A stretch of DNA of 64,000 bases from Octopus vulgaris. Taxonomy: Eukaryota. The position numbers were made by a program, and so were the translations under genes. Location of the stretch: NCBI GenBank assembly GCA_951406725.2, contig OX597832.1:12276001-12340000 (forward strand), written 5' to 3'. Shown one piece after another: positions 14,007-26,289 of the stretch. How positions within the stretch are numbered: position 1 is the first letter of the stretch; each line of letters starts with the position of its first letter. The notes beneath the pieces were generated by a model. That model did not search any database. It was not told where the DNA came from and was given only the letters and a program-made list of their open reading frames with translations.

Positions 14007-14399
14007 CACGTGCACATATACCCACAGTCACAAACAAAATCCCAAACACACACACACATATCTATATACATATATATATATATATATATATAAACATATA
14101 TATCAATCTATAGGTGTGTGTGTGTGTGTGTGTGTATAATAGCGATCATTATTCTCCTTACCTATAACTATCTATTTTCAAATACATGAACGACGAAGAA
14201 GCTACATATAATCTAATTCTTGATTGATACGGGGAATATATATAATTTGCGTCATAACTAGGTTCTTCATACCACACGTATATTAGAGATATTCAATAAC
14301 TAGCAGTTTTGCACAGTGCCGGAATACCGAAAACTCAGGCTTCTGAGATGTTAGGTTGTATAAATACACATTTCTAACTTAAGACTAATAGTAGTTTTT

Positions 14400-14720
14400 A
14401 TGGCTCAGTGGTTAGAGAGTCGAAATCAAAATCACGAGGTACTAAGTTCGATTCCCAGAACGGACTGGGTTTTGCGTTCTTCAGCAGGACAATTTATTTC
14501 ACGCTCCTCCTCTTCACTCTCCTATAGAAATGAGTTGTGACGTCACTAGTGCAAAACTGGATCGGCATTTGCCCTTTCCTTGGACCCCATTGGTAGGGGA
14601 GATGGGAGGGTGGTTCACATGGGCAACAGCTGGTCTTCCATAAACAACCTTGCCCGGACTTCTGCCTCGTAGGGGAACTTTCTAGGTTCCTATTGTCATT
14701 AATGACTGAAGGGGCTTTAA
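14400..14720 (+). mobile_element. tRNA-derived SINE family E
   Basis: A box TGGCTCAGTGG and B box GTTCGATTC at tRNA spacing, followed by about 250 bp of unique body. Confidence 0.75.
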
Positions 14721-14723
14721 ACC

Positions 14724-14754
<31 letters not shown>

Positions 14755-14786
14755 GTATATATATATATATATGTATGTGTGTGTTA

Positions 14787-14818
<32 letters not shown>

Positions 14819-14841
14819 GTGTGTATGTATGTATGTGTGTG

Positions 14842-14884
<43 letters not shown>

Positions 14885-14897
14885 ATGTATGTATGTC

Positions 14898-14946
<49 letters not shown>

Positions 14947-15039
14947 GTGTGTGTTCATATATATATATACATATATATACTGAAATGTATATATATACTT
15001 ATATGTATACATACGCACACGCCCTCACATATATATATA

Positions 15040-15180
15040 GTAGAAATTTATAGAAATACAAATGACGAAGACAGGTGTATGAACAACAAGCAGGTGTATT
15101 AGTTTGACTTTCTGGAAGCGAAAATATATTTTACGTTTCGAGCCCACGCTATTCAAAAGAAAGAGTTAAGAAAATATAAA
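15040..15180 (-). mobile_element. Short (TA)n-associated repeat, PLE-terminus-like; second copy at 52735-52885 (+)
   Basis: Both copies share GCGT(A/G)GGCTCG(A/T)AACGTAAAA...ACTAATACA.CTGCTTGTT...CACCTGTCTTCGTC. Confidence 0.65.
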
Positions 15181-15789
15181 AAAGAGAGAGAATAGAAGAG
15201 CAAAAATATCGTGGATTTATCGTTCTGCGCTTCATCTTGTGTGATCTTCCTATATCTCTCGAGTGAAACATTGCAATTGCTATTCTATAATAAGCAATGC
15301 TTGCCATTCTCTTAGTGCACATATCCATGTATCCAAAAATGTGAAACTGCAAAAACCTGGACGTACTTCAAAGAAAGAATTTCTCATTCAATAAGTGAAA
15401 GTTCACCTAGCGTCAGAGTATCGAATAATTTCCTTCAGTTAAATTGAATTACTAGATATTACGAAACTACCTTGCAAATCGGAAGTGCATCAATGTAATT
15501 ACATACTATATACATACCGCTACGTGTGAGTATTTGACGTCAGAACATAAGAATACATTTCATCGTTGCAAAAATAGATCACAAAAGAATACATAAAGGA
15601 AGTAATACTCATAATATAGAAGAGTAAATTAAATTTATTGATATCAATGCAAGAAAACTGAATGATTTGTATCAGTGTAGAAACACCTCCGTTTATTATT
15701 TTTTTCACGTGATATAATATCTCCTTTCATCAATTAATTCTTTGGAAGCACCTTTTGTTACACAAACACACTCATACATATATTAGAGG

Positions 15790-16481
15790 AAAAGGACATC
15801 AAAAATCAAGACAGGACGAGTATCTCAAGTCATTTATAATATTTTAGGGTAAGTTAAATTTGAAATCTTACAGCTATTTCTGGGATATCCCAAGTGATAA
15901 GCTAGCGTATCCGTACACTGGGTAATCCGTCATCAAAGACAAAGTGAACACGTCTGAAAGTTCCAGACGGAGAAATTCACTGTTTATAAGGAATAAAATA
16001 TAAAAATAAAGAGTAGAAGTCGCAGAATACAGACAGGAGAGAAGGTTCATAGATAATCTTTTTCCAGAAGGTATGGAGATTGGCCCGAACTTCCGTAAAG
16101 GTATAGGCCCTTATGTATAAACTTAGGTAAATCCAGGTAGTATTTTGACAGTATTTAGAATGATGCGTTCATGCTGAAGTAATGGATTATGTGTAAATGG
16201 TCCACGTGGGCATACAGAGTTAGAAAGATACTTATGTTGATAGACAAGAAAAGGAAAGGAAAAATGTACGTATATTTTACCGATCGCAGATGCATTTGCA
16301 ATTGTTATGTGTATTGATTTTGCTTGTATTTAGACCTATGGAAGAATTTAAAGGAGATATAAAACTTATGCTTACATGTAGAAAATTCTTCGAGTTGTTT
16401 ATTGAATAATTGAGTTGAATTATGAAATAATATTTGAAGGGCTTCTTTCTAGCAGGGTCTACATGTTCGTTTTTGTTGTTC
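15790..16481 (-). mobile_element. PLE 3' fragment: endonuclease C-terminus plus pseudo-LTR
   Basis: 16481-16305 reads KRTCRPC*KEALQILFHNSTQLFNKQLEEFSTCKHKFY (CxxC..E...I...LN...E...C.H pattern). Hammerhead-like fold downstream on the same strand. Confidence 0.75.
15865..15940 (-). ncRNA. Degenerate minimal type I hammerhead ribozyme
   Basis: GUCU-UUGAUGA-[stem II GGAUUACCCAGUG...CACUUGGGAUAUCC]-CA-GAAA-UAGCUG-UA-AGAU; C3 is changed to U. Confidence 0.55.
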
Positions 16482-17913
16482 TTTTCTTTTAATATATACC
16501 TGTAAATACGGAAGCCTAATATGGAACCCTAGGTCTAACTTCAGGTGTGAACTTGGAATCCAACAGATGAACAATCATAGCACTTAAACAGCGTGCCAAT
16601 TTATTTAGACCACTAGTGAAATAACTTTCCCGGCTATATTCTCTCTCCCCACCTCTCTCTCTCATATATATGTATGTATTTATGTATGTATACAGCAGTA
16701 TCACTGGGCAGATTTAAAGCCGTAGGTTTTACTAAACATTAGTCCAAAATATCTATGGTTTCCTAAGTATCTATATACTTATGAGTATGTGTACTTACAT
16801 ACATACATACATATACTTATTTGTATATATATAAGTATACCTATGTAAACGTGTATATATATATATATGCATACATACGTACGTTCATCGCAACACTTTA
16901 GTCATTAGTGAATATTCAAAACAAAATACGTAACACTGCTTGCTTTTTATCTTACATTATTCCTGTTCCTTGATTCGTAGAATTTTTGTAATATATTTTC
17001 TTTTTTTTTTATTCTTAAGTTTTGGAGTAGTCTATGCAGCTAATATGATAAATAATATTTGAGAAAAAAACCGGGGAGAAAAAACAAAATTTGAAATATA
17101 ATCTTGTAGATAAAAATATAAGATAATAAATACATAAGAAATAAAAGGCGTGTTCTGCTATCTTGATAAATGATTGTCAAAAAAAAATTAGAAAAACTGT
17201 TTCGAACAATAGCAAAATAAAAAAAATATGAAGAACAAAATGTACTGCAGAAGAGCAGCAACGACGACACGAGCAGCATCTACACTCATGTGTGTATATA
17301 TGTATCTATATTTATATATATATCTATATATTTATATAGATATATATACATATACATGCAAATATATATGTAGGTGTGTGTGTGTTTGTCTGTGATTGTG
17401 TATCCACTACATATGTGTGTATGCGTGTGTCTGAATATATGAGTGTTTACCTGTGTGTGAGCGTGTGTATGTGTTTGTGTATATGTGTCTAGATTTTCTA
17501 TATAATGGTCTTCAATTACTGCACTTGGTTTCGGTGCACCGAGCAGTAGTCATAACGTAATATAAGGGAAACTTCTCTTAATTAGTACTTCATAAATCGT
17601 AGTGCCGTAGTAAATTTAGATGTAATTTGCAACTACTTGTGCCTATCAATATCCAAATCTTTATGTTTATATAAACACATGTGTGTGTGTTCGTTTACGC
17701 ACACAGACACACAGAGGCAATCATATATACATATATACACACACATATATGTACATATACATGTAAATGTGCGTGTGAGTGTGTGTTTGTGTATAAAGAA
17801 AGAAGGAAAATGCACGCAATATACATATTTTCAATACATTTTAAAGGATAGAATATTACGGTGGAATACCGGTTTCGCGTTTCGGTAGCACTGACATTCG
17901 TAAAAATATTGGA

Positions 17914-17965
<52 letters not shown>

Positions 17966-18058
17966 TACATAATTAGGGTACATTCGATTCTATAATACCG
18001 TCCCCACTCACAATGTCGTAATTGTGAGTGCTTCACACTTACCACTAAATTTTGCGCC

Positions 18059-18141
<83 letters not shown>

Positions 18142-18177
18142 GTATGTGTATATATATATATACATATATATGTATAT

Positions 18178-18222
<45 letters not shown>

Positions 18223-18925
18223 AACTATATTGGATTGGTTCGACAAGGACGTCGATCACACAGAGATACACGGTCCACAAACAATAAATATTTTCCCCAA
18301 AATATCGCCAAATATATCTCAGTAAACACGATGAAGAATGCGCAGAAAGATTACAAGCACAATTCTTAATTTCCCCATTTTCTCATCTTGATTTGTGAAC
18401 TTCAATACGATTAAGGATGAATAAAGAAGCCTCATTTATCCAAAAATATAGACCAGAATTAAATATGAACCCATGTTGAAAATAAAAGAACTCTATGGTA
18501 AGATATAAACCAGAATAAAATACAGACTTTATGCTCTCCGGATTGAGTAGCCATCTGAGAGATAATGGCCCTCCTTCCTCTAGCTTTATCAATTAAGGTT
18601 TCTAAAGAAAAACAGGACGATGGTCTCCTCCTTTTTTTACTAATAATTTCGTTGTTCTCGTTTTACATTTTTCATCAGTCTCCGTCGCATTTTCTGCCAG
18701 TTTTTTTTTCTAACGTTTCCTTATAGACCAGTGTACCGGTTAGCAAACATGTATATACGTTTGAACTGAGCGTAAGAGATTCCTTGGATAGACAAAGTAC
18801 GTTGTATAAATCTGTACGTTGTATGAATCAGCACGATATTATTAGCTTATTTTAAAAATTCTTTATATTAAATGATACGTAGAGTAATGATTTTTCTGAC
18901 CCTACGTATATTGGAACAGCAGACT
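18223..18925 (+). mobile_element. PLE 3' fragment (GIY-YIG endonuclease plus 3' region)
   Basis: NYIG, frameshift, then [27 protein letters not shown]...FLISPF...RMNKEASFIQKYRPELN (stop at 18477-18479). Confidence 0.85.
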
Positions 18926-18996
18926 CTCTATCTTTCTGTCTCTCCCTCAGTCTCTTCACCACGCACTCTCTCTGTCTCTCCTCACTTTCTTTCTTT

Positions 18997-19039
<43 letters not shown>

Positions 19040-19040
19040 C

Positions 19041-19200
19041 GAGTGGCTGTGTGGTGAGTAGCTTGCTTACCAACCACATTGTCTCGGGTTCAATCCCACT
19101 GCGTGCCCCCTTTCTCGAGGGACGTCGGCTGTAACCTCGGGCCGAGCAAAGCCTTGTGAGCGGAATTGGTAGACGGAAACTGAAAGAATCCCTTCGTGTA
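19041..19200 (+). mobile_element. SINE family A, 5' half
   Basis: GAGTGGCTGTGTGGTGAGTAGCTTGCTTACCAACCAC...GGTAGACGGAAACTGAAAGAA. Confidence 0.88.
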
Positions 19201-19503
19201 TAAACATATAAATAATTATACATATATACACATATTGTATGAACATGTGTTGTTGAAAATATATCTATAACTTCTCCCATTCATATTGTTGCATGCAGGC
19301 ACGAGGAACTAAACACGAATACTTACATACGCCCATGTGAGAGTATGTGTGTCTATTTGGCGACGAAATTCTATTCCTCAATATCGTTCCTGAAGCGATT
19401 ACAGCCAATAAAATTTAATATCTAGTCTTGTTTGTGCTTGCAAAGCACAAATACTTGGCATTACGACATGTATCGTTATGTATGCACACAAACACAAGTC
19501 TGG

Positions 19504-19539
<36 letters not shown>

Positions 19540-19676
19540 TCACATATGTATATATCTATACAAAATCTCATAACCATATTTATGCACATATACTTAAGCG
19601 TATGTTCCCACAGACTTGCTTTCTAGTTCTCTCCCTCTAGTTCTCTCAGACGTACACACATATACTCACAAATACA

Positions 19677-19733
<57 letters not shown>

Positions 19734-20035
19734 TGCATATATCTATATATGCATATATATGTATGTTTGTATAAGTTTGAATTCATTGCATGTGTATATG
19801 TATAAATATATGCACCTATTCATATATGCACATATATGCACAGAGAACGCACACATGCAAATATTAAAAAAAAATTCCCAAGGAAATTCATATGACACTT
19901 ATAGAATTGCAGAATCGCAATTCTAATGATAGATTCGTATATTATTACATAATTATTTTATTTATTGTGCTCAAATGTATGCCTACCATATTGCAAAATT
20001 CTGAAAAAGACATCGAAATATTTTTTCTGTGTTTG

Positions 20036-20072
<37 letters not shown>

Positions 20073-21579
20073 TATGTGTGTATAGGTGGATGTATTCATG
20101 TATTTATACATTACGACATTTTCGATTAGAAAAAAAAAATTTAATGAATTGAAATACAGAAATGAAATTTTTCTCCACGGGTTTGGCCACATATATAAGA
20201 AATTATATTTATTATTTGATATAGATTCTGTCAAAAATATGCCAAAAAAATATGATGTAAGGAATAAGAATTGTAAGAGTTTTAATGATCGTTATAAATC
20301 ATGCTATAATATATCAAACCATTATATTATATTTGCTATAATATCAAATATTGTGTTTTATGAGAAATCACGTGTCCGGCTTTTTGCATGGCATTCACTC
20401 ATTTTCCTGTTTAACACTAAATCCCTCCCTTCCCACGAGTAAGTGTTTTCGGCTATAGCCCTCTGTTCGTCAATAATTTAAAGTGAAATTTGTTCGACAG
20501 ATACGATGCAGAATTATATTACACATATGCGTATTGCATTCCTGTAAATGAATCTTCAAAGCAAATGCTACGCGTATTAAGTAGATAACATCGATATGGA
20601 AATCCACACAGATGTCATCCGTAAACGCGACATAGGCAGGTCGGAAGCCAAGCATTGACAAATATATACAGGCACAACACAAATTTCTTCGTTTTCATCT
20701 CAATGTCATTTTTTTTTTTTTTGCAGCCGGCTTACCCGACCTAAAAGTCGGTTGCAGCATAAATATTTAAAAGCAATCATCAAAAAAAAAAAAATACTTA
20801 AACCCAAAACTAATGGTGAAAAATAAAAAAAAATATATGTGAAAATACGTACGACACATTTATAAGAATAGATATGAGGGAATACATTTCCTCTTATATT
20901 TTTTCGTCTCACGTTATTTCCCTTCTTCGGATCGGATGTTTTGGAATCAAATCACCGACGTCAGTTGAGGTATGCCTGTAGATATATATCATCTTCTTTG
21001 AGTATTTATATGAGAAGTCAGCAAAATTAGATTACTGAATAAGGAAATTGAAAGTCACATTTGGAATAGGACAGCAACTGAAAAGTGATAAAAGAAACCC
21101 TCTACTAATTTTTCAAATTTCCATTCAGCAAGTCACAAGTTACTGCATTGCTCTGCCTCATAGCATAAATATTACTCAAATAAGATACAATGCATCCGTT
21201 GCAAGCCGACAATATAATACTTCCAATAGAAATGTGGTATATTGAGAAAGTCGTTTCTTACAAGTCTCGTAGATTCTTCATATTTTAAGCATATTTCACA
21301 TGTTCCTTCCATATTGCTACCCCACTTGAACTTTCGGCACTTTTTCTCAAGTCAAAACATGCTGTAACGTTAGAGCATTGTAATATTTTTGTAATATGGC
21401 TCGGAAGCAAAAATTGTTCATTTAAATATGTTTGCACTATTAAAGACTTTGGCACCATTCAGATGTTACAGACTTGAATTTCGTTGGCATACACCTTTGC
21501 ACTGCTTTCTTACTCACCTTCCCTCGGGGACAGTAACAGGATGAATATTCTCATTACAACAATAGTAAAGTATTAATTT

Positions 21580-21780
21580 TTTTCGTATTAGCAAAGAAGT
21601 TGAAGACGCGATTACGCCGCTAGGTATAATCTGCTGGGGATCAGATACATGAAGCAAGAACATTCTCCAGACATGTCTAGGTTCCATTACGATGCTAATT
21701 AGCCATCAATTTAAGACTGGCCTTGGAAAGAAACGCACCATGCACAGAACTCAGGAGATAGCAACCCTGTCTGGCGTCAT
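21580..21780 (+). mobile_element. Possible ancient LINE RT N-terminal remnant
   Basis: ISKEVEDAITPLGIICWGSDT*SKNILQTC resembles EV..AI......GPD.....LK.C. Confidence 0.35.
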
Positions 21781-22135
21781 TCTACGCAGTGTGCTTCGCG
21801 TAATTTAACACCCACCCTCGCGCATGCAATTTATAATCACGTAACGTAAACACAAACGCATATATATACACATATATACATGGGTGTATTCATTTATGCG
21901 TGTAAAACATCCCAATCACAGCCTTAAGTGATATTTGAACGTAAAGAGCGTTACATTATCAAGTGGCAATAAGATATAGATATAAATTACAAGAATATTT
22001 AATCTAATTTATATACTGCTTCCCAACGTCTTTAACTAGAGAACGCATAGACAGCGACATACACTGATGCGCGCACACACACACACACACTAATACATAC
22101 ATACATAGAAATATATGGATATAGACGTGTGTGTG

Positions 22136-22179
<44 letters not shown>

Positions 22180-22361
22180 TATATAACAAAGTAAAATTGT
22201 AAGGTATCGCCCGTGTGAAAATATATAGGAAAGAGGATTTGAGACTGCAGAGGTCTTTTAAAGGAGTTTATTGACTTGACCGGTTTCACTTTTTAAAAGA
22301 AAGGGAAGCCGGTCAAGTCAATGAACATCTTTAAAAGCCCTCTGCATTTTCAAATCTGCTT

Positions 22362-22450
<89 letters not shown>

Positions 22451-22451
<1 letters not shown>

Positions 22452-22957
22452 CTCTTATTATAAAAGGCAGATTTTATCTGCCTCCCTTTGTCAGTTATAG
22501 AAATCTACAATATAGGATTTCTTCAATTACAATTTACCTTGCATTTTTAAGAGTACAATGCATCGCGTCATGCCAGGTCCAGTTTTTAAAATTTAAACTC
22601 CAGTTAAGCAAAATTTACAGAAAACTCACATTCTGGTGTGTGTGTCAAATGCTTTTCTTAGTCTGGTTTACACCACACGCAAACGCACACACACAGTGGG
22701 CAACGAATAAAATGAAAGTAATTGACTTACTGTAGTGAGTGATTCTTTCACTCTGCCTCCCACTTCCTCTTTCAACACAGACACGCAAATATATAAATAA
22801 AATTGTAAGCTAACGTGCGTGTGTGTGAGTGGGTGTGTGTGGGTGTGCGCGCGTGTGTGTGTGTGTGAGGGTGCGTGTGTGTGTGTGTGTGTGCGTGAGT
22901 GTGTGACAGGAAAGTTTTTTTACGACGAATATAACACCTATATCCAAGTAGCAGAAA
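22451..22957 (+). mobile_element. Helitron-like element, 5' portion
   Basis: A|TCTCTTATTATAAAAGGCAG start resembles the 5' end at 24232; no 3' CTAG terminus located. Confidence 0.45.
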
Positions 22958-23437
22958 GATAAGACAGTAAGGTGTGATTTGAGGGAGATTTGGCTGCTAT
23001 TTCTACCATGTCTAGCTGCCATGTAGGGGTCTCCCTCATAGGCTCATACAATCATATATACATAGATAAGACAGTAAGGTGTGATTTGGGGGAAATTTGG
23101 CTGCTATTTCTACCAGGTCTAGCTGCCATGTAGGGGTCTCCCTCATAGGCTCATACATACATATATACATAGATAAGACAGTAAGGTGTGATTTGGGGGA
23201 AATTTGGCTGCTATTTCTACCATGTCTAGCTGCCATGTAGGGGTCTCCCTCATAGGCTCATACATACATATATACATAGATAAGACAGTAAGGTGTGATT
23301 TGGGGGAAATTTGGCTGCTATTTCTACCAGGTCTAGCTACCATGTAGAGGTCCCCCTCATTGGCTCATATATATATACATACATAAGACAGTAAGGTGTG
23401 ATTTGAGGGAGATTTGGCTGCTGTTTCTACCAGGTCT
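22958..23437 (+). repeat. 107-bp tandem array, about 4.5 copies
   Basis: Units start at 22958, 23065, 23172, 23279 and 23382: GATAAGACAGTAAGGTGTGATTTG...GGCTCATACATACATATATACATA. Confidence 0.97.
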
Positions 23438-23509
23438 GTTAGGCCTTCTCATGTAAACTCAAGCTTTCTCATGCCTTCAACATAAGACCAAAGCAGAGAA
23501 TGTATTCTT

Positions 23510-23720
23510 TTATTCTTCTGCTTTTTCCAGCCATTGGTCTGTGGCCATGCTGGGGCAATGCCTTGAAGAATTGTAGTTTAATGAATCAACTCCAGTTTTA
23601 TTTTTGTAAGCATTGTACTTATTCTATCTGTTTCCTTTGTCAAACCACTAGGTGACAGGGATGTAAACAAACCAACATTTGTTGTCAAGCAGTGGTGGAG
23701 GACAATCACAAGCACAGACA
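23510..23720 (-). mobile_element. SINE family A, 3' half, diverged
   Basis: GTGGCCATGCTGG...GTACTTATTCTATC...GTAAACAAACCAACA...TTGTCAAGC. Confidence 0.75.
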
Positions 23721-23802
23721 CGCACACACACACACATACATGCATACACATATACACATATACATACATACATACATATATATATATGTGTGTATATATA
23801 TA

Positions 23803-24125
23803 TTGCAGCGTGGAAGGTGTTTGTAAGCCATTTAAGAAACACACAAAAACCGTTACATTCACTTCAACATTTAAATTTAATTTGCCAAAATATTTTCGTC
23901 GCTTTGAGACCGCGACCTGTTCACTGACAAAAATATCGTGCTAACAGGTCGCGGTCTCAAAGTGACGAAAATATTTTCACAAATTAAATTTAAATGTTGA
24001 AGTGAATCTAACGGTTTTTGTGTGTTTCTTAAATGGCTTATAAACACCTTCAACGCTGCAACTGTTTTCGTTCCAGCACACGATCTCAGATCAAGTCACT
24101 TGCTATGCAAGTACATCTCTGTAAC
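23803..24125. mobile_element. Inverted-repeat element in (TA)n, consistent with an inverted PLE pseudo-LTR
   Basis: Arms 23803-23921 and 23943-24061 (119 bp, 6 mismatches) with a 21-bp spacer; the right arm continues about 65 bp further. Confidence 0.8.
23881..23931 (-). ncRNA. Minimal type I hammerhead-like ribozyme with G3:C8 variant core
   Basis: UUUGUCA-GUGAACA-G-GUCGC-GGUCUCAAA-GCGAC-GAA-AAUAUU-U-UGGCAAA: stem I 7 bp (one G-U), stem II 5 bp, palindromic stem III. Confidence 0.6.
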
Positions 24126-24137
24126 TATATATATATT

Positions 24138-24168
<31 letters not shown>

Positions 24169-24231
24169 TGGTAAAAACAGTAAGATAACAAAAGAAAGAA
24201 AGAGACCTCAATATTATGTAAATAGAGGAAA

Positions 24232-24626
24232 TCTTTATATATAAAAGTGAGGTTGTGTGTCTGTCTCCTACGATTTAGATTCCTAACTACTCCCACATTT
24301 TGCGGTGCAGTTTAACCAAAACCGGGTATCTTATAGTCGTGATTCATATCGAGACCGTCTGGGTATTAGCGCGCGTCTACGATGAGTCTACGATTTAAAA
24401 AAAAATTTACCATCAATTTTTCCCATTTTTAATCCATTTTTGACATATATAAGGGAAGTAACTCTCTAAAATTTTTTATTAAATCTCAGAACGTAAAAAG
24501 CTACAGTAACACCCCTCCCCCTTTGTGGTTAGCCATATTGAGATGGCTATTATACTTTACATCTCTAAAAATGCTTATATAATTATTTCCCTTACAAACC
24601 CGAGCAACGCCGGGCGATACTGCTAG
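24232..24626 (+). mobile_element. Intact non-autonomous Helitron (395 bp)
   Basis: A|TCTTTATATATAAAAG 5' end, subterminal hairpin CCCGAGCAACGCCGGG (24599-24614), CTAG|T 3' end; sits between A and T with no TSD. Confidence 0.92.
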
Positions 24627-24727
24627 TATATATATAAAGCTAAAATGCTGCTGCAAAATTCAGTCATTCTTGTTTGTTTCTACACTCTCTGTCATCATCT
24701 ATCTTACTACAGATCGAATCAGCTGCC

Positions 24728-24799
<72 letters not shown>

Positions 24800-25721
24800 T
24801 CTGTATCTCTCCTTCTGCCTCTCTATTTATCCCACTCTCTCACTCATTTCCCAACTCACTGGTAGTTGCTGATGTTGATTTCTAAATATCAGATCATGTC
24901 TATCAGAAGTATATCAGTAAGAATTATTTCCAATACCAATATTTACGATCTAATGAGCTTAGTATTACCGTTACAGAAGAATAATACTCGCTGTTAATAT
25001 CAGCTTTACAAATTGAAGGCAAAAGTTGTTGAAATAATTTAGTTTTTTCCTTATTTTATGTTATTTTAATTTCACCGCTCTCCATTTTGGGAATTTTCTT
25101 TCAGTATTTTCTTAAGACAAAATATAGTATTGTCATTGATTCTATTGTTGTTATTACATTTGTTGTTGCTATTGTTGTTGTTAATTACAAAGTGAACACC
25201 CACTAATATTGCTAATGGGTGTATCTCTCATTGTGATTGGATGATAAAGGAAAATTCAGCGAGCATTTGTTGTAAACCAACACAATCTCAGAATCTATAC
25301 TAATCTTGAAATTCTAGAGGCAATAATTAGCTGATATCTTCATCTGGCAACCGTGCATTATAATTATTGTTTTGCTTCGGGCCACCTTCGTAACCTACTT
25401 AAACTTTTGAATAAAACAAATAGGAAAATATGTGTATAACAAACAAATATATTTATCATTGATCTGAAGAATGGAAGTAAGTGTGTAGTGTGCATTCACA
25501 GACAGAATATTAGTGTTAGTATATAGATGTGTGCTAGTGTGTGTGTCTGTGTGTAACACAACCTTGTCTAAGAACTAGGTGCGTGTGTGACGTTGTAATG
25601 GTATTGTCGTTATTAACGAGTAACACACGTATAGATATATGAACTGTACAAATACCTTTTGTTAATTTTGCATACATACGTACATAAATACATATATATA
25701 CATAAACACGTACACACACAC

Positions 25722-25771
<50 letters not shown>

Positions 25772-26115
25772 GTATAAATGCGTGTGTATATGTGTGTGGA
25801 TGATACCATGGATGAGTATCGGCGTGCGTATGCGTGCAAAATCCTTAAACGTAACAAGGACGAAAGTGAACTCTAGATGCAGGATATAGTGATTTATAAC
25901 AAATTTATTGAGATTGAGCCAACAAAATTTCAAACTCTGTGTTTCACTCTTTCGATCTTACGACAAAGTCTCAACTATAAGACAAAGAGATATCTTTCTA
26001 TAGATATTCAACGTAAATATCGAAAGCAAAATATGCGTTTGGTTAGTTTCACATGAAAAAGTACCTTAACAACGACGTCTGTGCAAGAAAGAGATAGATA
26101 GATAGATAGATAGAG

Positions 26116-26161
<46 letters not shown>

Positions 26162-26289
26162 TTGGAGGGAGACAGGGAAAGAGAGAGAGTGTGTATGTAT
26201 ATACGTAGTATTTCATTGTCCATTCCTCCCACATTCATTTTAAATCACGGTCTTCGTGACCTCAAGCCTTCACACCTAGCTGCTCCAAA

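Noticed and set aside
14400-14470. Functional tRNA genes at SINE heads (also about 7397, 61310 and 63270)
   Set aside because: A and B boxes are present, but there is no complete cloverleaf, and most continue into repeat bodies.
16449-16451. In-frame stop in the PLE remnant as a selenocysteine codon
   Set aside because: It is TAG, not TGA; ordinary decay.
21510-21690. Minus-strand exon ending at AAG|GTGAGT
   Set aside because: No convincing acceptor, and the plus strand is better explained as a LINE remnant.
22958-23437. CRISPR-like array
   Set aside because: Whole units repeat with no unique spacers, there are no cas genes, and the context is eukaryotic.
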